Origin: Alphaproteobacteria bacterium
Lineage (GTDB): Bacteria; Pseudomonadota; Alphaproteobacteria; UBA9219; RFNS01
DNA: 55,102 bases
Reading direction: 5' to 3'
Assembly (NCBI GenBank): GCA_009927055.1
Contig: RFNS01000061.1
Span: 1-55,102, forward strand
Positions 28,930 through 36,170 of this stretch are shown here, piece by piece. A program made the position numbers and the translations under genes. The notes under the pieces were generated by a model that saw only the letters and a list, made by a program, of their open reading frames with translations, did not search any database and was not told the DNA's origin. Position 1 is the stretch's first letter, and the number at the start of each line of letters is the position of its first letter.

Positions 28930-29658
28930 TTAAAGTCGAATGCCTGCCAGCGCGAAGCCAATATCGGCCAGCGTACTGTCAGCGGGGCTTGGGGCGATGA
29001 TGGTCAGCACGTCACCCGCCGCGAAATCGGTGAGCGTGGCTGCTGTGAAAGTCGGTGTGCTGGCACCAGCCGCGAATTGCATGGTGGCGAATTGCGTGCC
29101 GTTCTTGCGGATGGAAAATGTGGCGGTTGCGCCTGAAACCGTTCCTGCCACACCTCGGCTGTTGGCCATAGCGGCGGGGAACCGCACCGCGCGCGGTATC
29201 GGATAGCGCAATACGACCGCACCGCCTGTTGGAATCCCTGCAAGTGTGCCACCGATATCGTAAGGGACGCTAACACCAACGGCTGTTTCAGCAACGATTT
29301 GAAAAGTCGTGCCATCGCAATAAAGCAGTTTGCGATCACCGACCGCGAAGGAAATGGCCGTGCCGGATGGCGTTTTCACCGAAAGAGTGAAGCCGCCCGT
29401 CGTGCTGTTTTCCACCATCAGCAGCTTGGCCTTGGCGGGGATGGTGATCGTCCGGCCCGCCGTCAGCGTGCCAGTGAGCTTCATCGACAGCGTGCCGAGC
29501 ATTTGCGCATCGGTGAGCGTGGTGTCCACGTCGAGAATGGCAATGCTGGTAAGCTGGCATAAGGCTTTGTCCAACGCATCGAAGGCGGCGTTGGCCGTGA
29601 CTTCTTTTTGCGCCTGGTTGGCGGCGATATATTCAATCGCAAGATTAGGTGTTGGCAT
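28930..29658 (-). CDS. Tail fibre or adaptor with DUF2793-like N-terminus
   Basis: TPNLAIEYIAANQAQKEVTANAAFDALD N-terminus; follows the large tail protein. Confidence 0.65.
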   Translation of the reverse strand: MPTPNLAIEYIAANQAQKEVTANAAFDALDKALCQLTSIAILDVDTTLTDAQMLGTLSMKLTGTLTAGRTITIPAKAKLLMVENSTTGGFTLSVKTPSGTAISFAVGDRKLLYCDGTTFQIVAETAVGVSVPYDIGGTLAGIPTGGAVVLRYPIPRAVRFPAAMANSRGVAGTVSGATATFSIRKNGTQFATMQFAAGASTPTFTAATLTDFAAGDVLTIIAPSPADSTLADIGFALAGIRL

Positions 29659-29667
29659 GTTTCGTCC

Positions 29668-32600
29668 TCAAATGGTGGCTTGTTTCACTTGGCCGCGCCC
29701 GATCACGGCATTGATTTGGTACACGGCAATGCTGATCGCGCTCTGGGTCGAGCCGAAATCGACAACCTGATCAGCGGCACTGTATGCGGCGGTCGGCGTG
29801 GTGGCCGTGATCGTCCGTTTGACGGTGCTGCCCGATAGAATGTCGATCTCGTATTTTTCGGCATCTTCGAAGAGCGGAACGTCGGTACCGTCCAGCCATT
29901 CGCCATACCAGCGTGTGCGGCGTTTCCAGGTGATCGTCAGATTACCGCTGCCATCGCGCGCGCCTTTGACCTGGACAGGCGCAAAGCAGCGCAGGCTGTT
30001 GCCTTTGAACACGAAGGGATTGGACGGCGCGTCATCCCAATTGCCGCCGTCAGGAATGCCCTTGTAGTAAGCCGTTTTATTGATTTCGGTCGCAGGCAGC
30101 GGCGCACGATAATTGCCGTCATCGGATAAGAGAACGAAGCGTTCGCCCATCGTGTGTGTTCCCGTGGCCCATTCCGTGCCGCGCCGACCGCGCAACAGGC
30201 CGGACAGCTCGTAAAGGCCGCTGGCCAGGACGTTGGCGTTGCGCCATTGAATGACTTCGTCGCCCAGCAGCGCCACGTTCGTCCAATTGAGAACCTCCAA
30301 GGCGGTTTTGCTGTCAAGTGTGCCTTGTGTCAGGGCGATTTGAACCTTGTTCGTTTCATCCCACGTCCACGGATTTGCCGTGTTGGCAAGCACAGTAGCC
30401 GACCACCCGAAGGTGGGGCCGTCATTGCCTGTGCCGAGAACTTCCCAGGCCAGCTCGTCCGGAGAGCGATACATCGATGCGCCCGTGACGGTGTTGTCGC
30501 GGAAACCGAAGGCATAATAGATGCCCAGGTTATTATCCTCATACCGTAGCATGGGCATATCCAGGATCAGCAGCGGGGTTGGCCCCGTGTTGCTGATCGG
30601 CGTGGCTGGCAAGCCGCCACCGGAGCCTGTCGAAGTCGAGATGTAAACGATCTCGTCCTCGGCCACGGCTTCGCAGGACACGACGTTGTTGCCGCCAAAA
30701 TCCACTTTGTTCAATCGCAGCTTCAGCGAAAGATCATCGACGTTGACGGTCAGAACGTCAGCGGGATCTAGGCGTAGCCATTTCGGCGGCAAGCTGAATT
30801 TATACTGGTTGCGTTCGACCCAGGCATTGTAGAGCGTGCGCTCGGCGATTTGTTTTGCTTCATCTGGCGTCAGAGAGATCGAAACTTCTCTCGTCTGCTT
30901 TTCCCGCGTGATAATGGCATCCGTGATACGGGAGGCGTGCTGGGTGTTCGGCTGGTGATCGCGCGTCGGATCGACATGCACGATGTCGAGGCGCTGCGGC
31001 AATTCCACATCCTGCACACGGCTTTCCGAAAGACGGATTTGTTCATCCTGTCCGCTATCGCTGGCTCCTAAATCATCCTTCGCAATCGTGGCGGCAGATG
31101 CGCCACCGCGCGGGATAAAGCGCAGGATGCCATCCGTTTCCACGGCATCGATGAAATACGACCCCAGCAGCGGCTCCAAAGCCTCGCGCGCGGCCATGCG
31201 GCGGCTGACCACATACCCGCGCAAGGATTGGCTTACAGCGCTTGAAATAACGCTCGTGGAGGCCATACCAGCCTTTTGGCAGATGTCCTTTAGAACATTC
31301 GACAAAGGCACTGCATCATTGCCGTAACGCTCCAGAGGATATTTGAACATGCCATCGTAGGTCATGATGATGGCAGAGTGCGTGAACTTTTCGTATGTCC
31401 CGCCAAGCTGGGCGGGGAACGTGGTTGCCAGATCGAGCAAATCGATCCGGCGCTCGATCTTCATCGTGACCAGATTGACTAGAGTCACGTCGTAATCAGC
31501 AACCGCCCAATATTTCCCGTTGAGGGGATAATTGAAGTCCGACTGGATGCCCCAGCCTGCGGGGACGGCGACATCATCGCAATGACCCGCGTAGCCGCTT
31601 TCCGGATGCCATTTGATCAGGCGCTGGCCCAAGCCGAGCGTGAAATAAATATGGTCTGTGAAGTCGTCCCACCACACCGTGCGCGGCAATTCGCCGTCCG
31701 TCCAAGCGATGCTGCTCCATTCGGTCAATTCCCCTGAGCCGAGGCCATTAGGAACGAAGAGGCGCACATAACCGCCCGTGACTTGCCAATAACGGCCATA
31801 CGGATCGTCGCACATCGGCCCGCCGAACATGACGGAAGGAAAGTAAGCGGACAGGTCGGTAATCAATTTGAGGTTCAGATCGTAAACCTCGCGCGTACCG
31901 TAGCAGAAGATTTTATCCCGCCGCACGCAGCCGTTGACACTGAAGCTGATCTTCGGGCTGCTGATCGCCACGATGCCCAGGGTTTCAGGGTGCCGTTTTA
32001 CGAGGCGCATGGTTACGCCGTAGGCATCCGTCGCGTGATAATAATAACCCTGGCTGTCCATGCCGCAGACATCGCCATAGACATCATTGGCGCCAGGATA
32101 GATTGGCGCCCAATTCGGATCTTCTAAATCGCGCTCCAAAACGAAGCGGTTGTTGACGCAATCGTATTTCCAAACGTGATCTGCACCTGTGCCAATCATC
32201 ATGCCGCGCGCTTGATCGAGAATACCGCCTTCCTTCGTCATCGTGGTTGCGGGCGGGAAGATAAAGCGGTCGCTCTGCATATCGCCGTCGGCAACAACCT
32301 CGGCGCTGATATTCGGAATGCGGTTGGCAAAATCCTTTAGCTGCAGATCGTCAAAAACTAGATAGCACATGCCTCTGAAGGCAGGCACGTTGCCCGCGCC
32401 AAGATGCATTTCCATCGTGGAATCCGGCTCTTCATCTTCGCCGCCGCGATGGATGCGCACCACGCCTGGATATTTCTCGGTCGATTGCGTGTTGCTGGCG
32501 CTTGCATCATAAATCACCTTCGTGTCCGCCCAGATCCGGCGCACTGTTGCCACGGGGCCAAGGCAAAGACCGACTGCAAAGGAAACGGAATAGCTGTAAG

Positions 32601-32913
32601 TGGTCTGCGACGATTTCTTGCCGCCGCCTTTACCGCCGCTGCTTTTCTTGACAGTGCGAGTTTCTTTGAGTGGCGTCGACCAGATGACGTTGCCAGAAAT
32701 CCGCATGGTTCCATACACAAGCGGAATCGGCGCGCCGTAAGTCGAGGTTTGTACCGACAAATCATCAATGCGTGGGCCTTCGATGTTTTGGCCTTTGCCG
32801 CCGCCGAACAGAAGATTTCCCAGCAAGACGCCGCCCAGCCAGCCTGCGGACGCACCGATCCCGATGGCGGAACCGAGGGCGGATCCGACCACACCTAAAG
32901 CAAGAACAGCCAT
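29668..32913 (-). CDS. Large tail-tip/host-specificity protein (RcGTA g15-like, no TIM barrel)
   Basis: EGPRIDDLSVQTSTYGAPIP, VPAFRGMCYLVF, FANRIPNISAEV, LSGLLRGRRGT, ITWKRRTR. Confidence 0.88.
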   Translation of the reverse strand: MAVLALGVVGSALGSAIGIGASAGWLGGVLLGNLLFGGGKGQNIEGPRIDDLSVQTSTYGAPIPLVYGTMRISGNVIWSTPLKETRTVKKSSGGKGGGKKSSQTTYSYSVSFAVGLCLGPVATVRRIWADTKVIYDASASNTQSTEKYPGVVRIHRGGEDEEPDSTMEMHLGAGNVPAFRGMCYLVFDDLQLKDFANRIPNISAEVVADGDMQSDRFIFPPATTMTKEGGILDQARGMMIGTGADHVWKYDCVNNRFVLERDLEDPNWAPIYPGANDVYGDVCGMDSQGYYYHATDAYGVTMRLVKRHPETLGIVAISSPKISFSVNGCVRRDKIFCYGTREVYDLNLKLITDLSAYFPSVMFGGPMCDDPYGRYWQVTGGYVRLFVPNGLGSGELTEWSSIAWTDGELPRTVWWDDFTDHIYFTLGLGQRLIKWHPESGYAGHCDDVAVPAGWGIQSDFNYPLNGKYWAVADYDVTLVNLVTMKIERRIDLLDLATTFPAQLGGTYEKFTHSAIIMTYDGMFKYPLERYGNDAVPLSNVLKDICQKAGMASTSVISSAVSQSLRGYVVSRRMAAREALEPLLGSYFIDAVETDGILRFIPRGGASAATIAKDDLGASDSGQDEQIRLSESRVQDVELPQRLDIVHVDPTRDHQPNTQHASRITDAIITREKQTREVSISLTPDEAKQIAERTLYNAWVERNQYKFSLPPKWLRLDPADVLTVNVDDLSLKLRLNKVDFGGNNVVSCEAVAEDEIVYISTSTGSGGGLPATPISNTGPTPLLILDMPMLRYEDNNLGIYYAFGFRDNTVTGASMYRSPDELAWEVLGTGNDGPTFGWSATVLANTANPWTWDETNKVQIALTQGTLDSKTALEVLNWTNVALLGDEVIQWRNANVLASGLYELSGLLRGRRGTEWATGTHTMGERFVLLSDDGNYRAPLPATEINKTAYYKGIPDGGNWDDAPSNPFVFKGNSLRCFAPVQVKGARDGSGNLTITWKRRTRWYGEWLDGTDVPLFEDAEKYEIDILSGSTVKRTITATTPTAAYSAADQVVDFGSTQSAISIAVYQINAVIGRGQVKQATI

Positions 32914-33362
32914 TACATACCTTTGAAATACGGAAAGCGATAAGCCGCCGAGATGCGTTGCTGCCAGCGTTCGTCAAGCCCATGCTCGACGACTTTGCCG
33001 ACACCTGAATAGCTATGGATGATCCCGTGATCGGTGATCAAAGCGACGTGCTGCGGCTCACGGCCCCAAGCCATGAAATAGAAATCGGCAATCTGGGCTT
33101 CCTCCACCGGAATGGGGATGAACCAGCGGCTCAAGGCTTCGCGCATGCGGCGGCTGTCCGGCATCATCGAATAATTGGCGTAAGACAAAGCCTCCGTTGA
33201 ATTCGGATCGTAATCCATCAGATTGTGCTGCATGCCGATGGCTTTGATCAAGCCGATGCAATCACAGGCCACGCCTTTGAGTGCGCCTTGGTGCTTGAAA
33301 GGCGTGTTGATCCATTCGCGCGCTTCGCGCACGATGTCCATGCGGGTGAGTTTATTTGCCAT
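32913..33362 (-). CDS. NlpC/P60 tail-associated peptidase (g14-like)
   Basis: AREWINTPFKHQG, CDCIGL catalytic Cys, QHVAL, IIHS; true start 33362. Confidence 0.9.
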   Translation of the reverse strand: MANKLTRMDIVREAREWINTPFKHQGALKGVACDCIGLIKAIGMQHNLMDYDPNSTEALSYANYSMMPDSRRMREALSRWFIPIPVEEAQIADFYFMAWGREPQHVALITDHGIIHSYSGVGKVVEHGLDERWQQRISAAYRFPYFKGM

Positions 33363-34197
33363 CGGGATAAGCCAGAACCTGATCGTTGCCAGGGACGTTC
33401 GGTTCGCCCCTGAAGTTTTTGACGTTGTTGTACCTGTCTTTACAGGTGGAAAACTTCTTATCGCAGCCAGGGCGCAAGCTGTAATTGTCGCCGACCGCCA
33501 CGATGCTGGGCATGGGCAAGAACAACGTGAACGCACCGCCGCTGGCGAAGGCTTTGACCTCCATCTTGCGCCCCACGTTCGCGCCGCTCGTCCAGGTCAA
33601 TAAACCGCCGTTCCAGTAATTCACGCCCTCAGCGCGCGACGTATCGGTAAAACTGCGTCTGTCAGTAACGGCTGTTATACCGCCCGTGACTGTGAGCGCG
33701 GCCAGGTTGACCTTGCAGCGCGTATCACCAAGATCGGCGCGGCAATCTGCCGTATAAAGTTCAACAATTTGCTGCGAAAGCGCTTGTGATAAGCCGCGTA
33801 GTTCGGCACGAAAAACTGTGTCTTTTAGTTCCACTTCGCCGATGGTGCCGCGCTTCAGGATGATTTTACCGTTGGCAAGATTACTCCAGTTAACGAGGAA
33901 TATCTCCACCGTCGCACCGTCCCACACGCCTGCGCGCAAATCGGCGGCGCTCAGGGTTTCGCTGTCAATCGCGCTTTCGATGTCAAGATTGTCCACCGCA
34001 AGATTGGCAATCGTATGAATAGCCGAGCGCGTATAGCCAGAACGCGCAATGTAAACCAAGCTCTCTACCGTTAAATCCTTGTCGAAATCCGTAAAGCCGA
34101 ATATCGACCCATCGCGGCGCGTAACCTTCCAGCAAGTGGCAAGCGTCGTCGTCTCGCCACCGATGTGGGTGGCGAGTTGTGAACTGGCTGATTTCAT
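33352..34197 (-). CDS. DUF2163 baseplate hub (g13-like)
   Basis: TTLATCWKVTRRDG..GFTD, CRADLGD, GCDK..TC, NFRGEP. Confidence 0.92.
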   Translation of the reverse strand: MKSASSQLATHIGGETTTLATCWKVTRRDGSIFGFTDFDKDLTVESLVYIARSGYTRSAIHTIANLAVDNLDIESAIDSETLSAADLRAGVWDGATVEIFLVNWSNLANGKIILKRGTIGEVELKDTVFRAELRGLSQALSQQIVELYTADCRADLGDTRCKVNLAALTVTGGITAVTDRRSFTDTSRAEGVNYWNGGLLTWTSGANVGRKMEVKAFASGGAFTLFLPMPSIVAVGDNYSLRPGCDKKFSTCKDRYNNVKNFRGEPNVPGNDQVLAYPDGK

Positions 34198-34217
34198 GAG
34201 TTTCTCTATTTAATTGG

Positions 34218-34703
34218 CTAGTTAAGCGCGGCGTTTTTATTATATTTCCGCATAGATATTATTAAGAGGGCAACGCCCATAAAAATAGCACTGTCCGTGA
34301 CGTTAAACGCAGGCCAGTGATAACCGAGAGCATGGAAATCTAAGTAATCTGCTACTGCGCCATGCAAAACACGATCAATTACGTTGCCCACAGCCCCGCC
34401 AATAATCAAGCTATAAGCCGTTGCTTCAAAAGAACTGGTAGCCCGTAACAGCAAGTGTGTAAGAAATACGCTAATTCCCAATGCGAATATTGACAATATC
34501 CATTGGCCATAAGTGAGCTTGTTAAGCATGCCAAAACTAATGCCGTAATTCCATACTTCTACAAAATTAAAAAACGGCGTTATTGCAATAGATTTTCCCT
34601 CTTCTTGAAGTACGGAAAATACCCAAGCCTGAATTATTGTATCAAGCACAATTACAGCAAAAACAATAAGTATTCCGATCATTAAGTTTTTACGCAACTT
34701 CAT
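34218..34703 (-). CDS. lspA: Lipoprotein signal peptidase II
   Basis: WNYGISFG, GGAVGNVIDR, VADYLD, WPAFNVTDSAI. Confidence 0.92.
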   Translation of the reverse strand: MKLRKNLMIGILIVFAVIVLDTIIQAWVFSVLQEEGKSIAITPFFNFVEVWNYGISFGMLNKLTYGQWILSIFALGISVFLTHLLLRATSSFEATAYSLIIGGAVGNVIDRVLHGAVADYLDFHALGYHWPAFNVTDSAIFMGVALLIISMRKYNKNAALN

Positions 34704-35331
34704 TTTTTTTCTCTCTATGCGTGTTCAAATCTTTGCGTGCTGCACGAAGAATCTGCCATGCTCCGCTTAAAGCCAAATATCCTAAAATCGCTGCGACAAT
34801 GATGTCAGGCCAAGCGGTGGCGCTGGCAAATACCCCGCCAGCGGCAAAAATGACCGCAATATTGCCGATGGCATCATTCCGGCTGCATATCCACACGGAT
34901 TCCCGATTACTGTCGCCGCCGCGATGTCGATATAGCAGTACGGCACAACCGATATTTACAGCCAATCCAACAATGCTGATGACCGTCATAATTTCAGGCT
35001 TAGGCAATTCGGGCTGTAGGGCATGTTGCAAGGTTTCAAAGGCTACCCACAATCCGATTAAACCAAGGGAAACGCCTTTCAAATACGAGGCTTTTGCTCT
35101 GGCCTGTAAACTTTTCCCCAAAACAAAAAGACTGATAGCATAATTGGCTGCGTCGGAGAGGAAATCCAACGCATTTGCCAGCAACGACACCGATAGCGCT
35201 TCGTAACTTCCCATCGTCTGAACACCGAACATCACGGCGTTAGCGATCAAGCATACATAGAGAATACGTTTATACTTTTCGTCGATATGATTTTCATTCG
35301 ACGAACCGCAAGAATCTTTGCATCCGACCAT
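34690..35331 (-). CDS. Short CDF cation transporter (no C-terminal domain)
   Basis: SLLANALDFLSDA, SVWICSRNDAIGN, WPD; N-terminal CxxxC. Confidence 0.88.
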   Translation of the reverse strand: MVGCKDSCGSSNENHIDEKYKRILYVCLIANAVMFGVQTMGSYEALSVSLLANALDFLSDAANYAISLFVLGKSLQARAKASYLKGVSLGLIGLWVAFETLQHALQPELPKPEIMTVISIVGLAVNIGCAVLLYRHRGGDSNRESVWICSRNDAIGNIAVIFAAGGVFASATAWPDIIVAAILGYLALSGAWQILRAARKDLNTHREKKNEVA

Positions 35332-35343
35332 AGGCGTTTCTCC

Positions 35344-35517
35344 TTAAGTCTCGTTAACGTGGTGAAGCATATCAACTAAAACGCAGCGAACGTGATCGGC
35401 AGAGAGAGCGTAAAAACCTTGCTTTCCCTGTTTCTTGTGCCTGACCAGCCGAGCGGCTTTGAGTAACCGCAAGTCATCGTCATCGGCTTTTTTTAGCTTT
35501 TTCATCGCATAACTCAT
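35344..35517 (-). pseudogene. ArsR/SmtB repressor with in-frame internal deletion (57 aa)
   Basis: Not in ORF track. MSYAMKKLKKADDDD|LRLLKAARLVRHKKQGKQGFYALSADHVRCVLVDMLHHVNET: wing and last helix of ArsR present, dimer helix and most of the HTH missing. Confidence 0.8.
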
Positions 35518-35519
35518 AA

Positions 35520-35543
35520 ATATATAAACAAGTGTTTATATAT
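35520..35543. promoter_or_regulatory. ArsR/SmtB operator
   Basis: Perfect 11-2-11 inverted repeat ATATATAAACA-AG-TGTTTATATAT. Confidence 0.82.
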
Positions 35544-35570
35544 AGGGATTCTTGATCAATCAAGCAAGCG

Positions 35571-36170
35571 TTAAACTCGAATTTCGACTATCGGTATTCC
35601 CGACCATTGGTGAAGGTTAACTTGTTCGATGGTGACGGCCATGTGGTCGGTATCGAACCGCACAGGCACGTCGAATTCATAATCAGCCGAAACGGCCACG
35701 TTATTTCCTGGCGCGGTCGTAAAGGTGATCACACCCGTGGTGGTGTTGACCGACCAGCCGGAGGCCTGCAGCACGCCCGCAAGGTAAATTTTTACCGTGC
35801 CGGCGACGGGTTTGGTAATGGTGCGCACATCTGTGCTGCCGCCCGATGAATAGGTGCGGCTTAACTGAAAGGTCTTGTTCGTGCCATCGCCCGTGCCAAT
35901 GGCCTGACCCGTTGCCTTGTAATCCGTCCAGTCTTTGAAGCGAAATCCATGCGCACGGCCTTTGCGAGCGCGGAAGAAAGCGATCAGCGTATCGAGCTGC
36001 GTTTGCTTCTTTAAACCGGAGGCCACATCCCAGCGCCCGCGTGCCGATGACCAATTGATATTACGCTGCTCATAGCCGGAAGCCGTGGCAACGACGGACG
36101 TGGCAAATTCAGGCCCGCCCGTCGCGCCATAGGCAATATCGTTCGGGAATTGGACTTCATGAAAAGCCAT
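35571..36170 (-). CDS. DUF2460 distal tail protein (g12-like)
   Basis: MAFHEVQFP, GGPEFAT, FFRARKGRAHGFRFKDW, FDVPVRFDTD. Confidence 0.93.
   Translation of the reverse strand: MAFHEVQFPNDIAYGATGGPEFATSVVATASGYEQRNINWSSARGRWDVASGLKKQTQLDTLIAFFRARKGRAHGFRFKDWTDYKATGQAIGTGDGTNKTFQLSRTYSSGGSTDVRTITKPVAGTVKIYLAGVLQASGWSVNTTTGVITFTTAPGNNVAVSADYEFDVPVRFDTDHMAVTIEQVNLHQWSGIPIVEIRV

Noticed and set aside
27066-32913. Diversity-generating retroelement or invertible tail-fibre cassette
   Set aside because: No reverse transcriptase, template/variable repeat pair or inverted fibre fragments seen.
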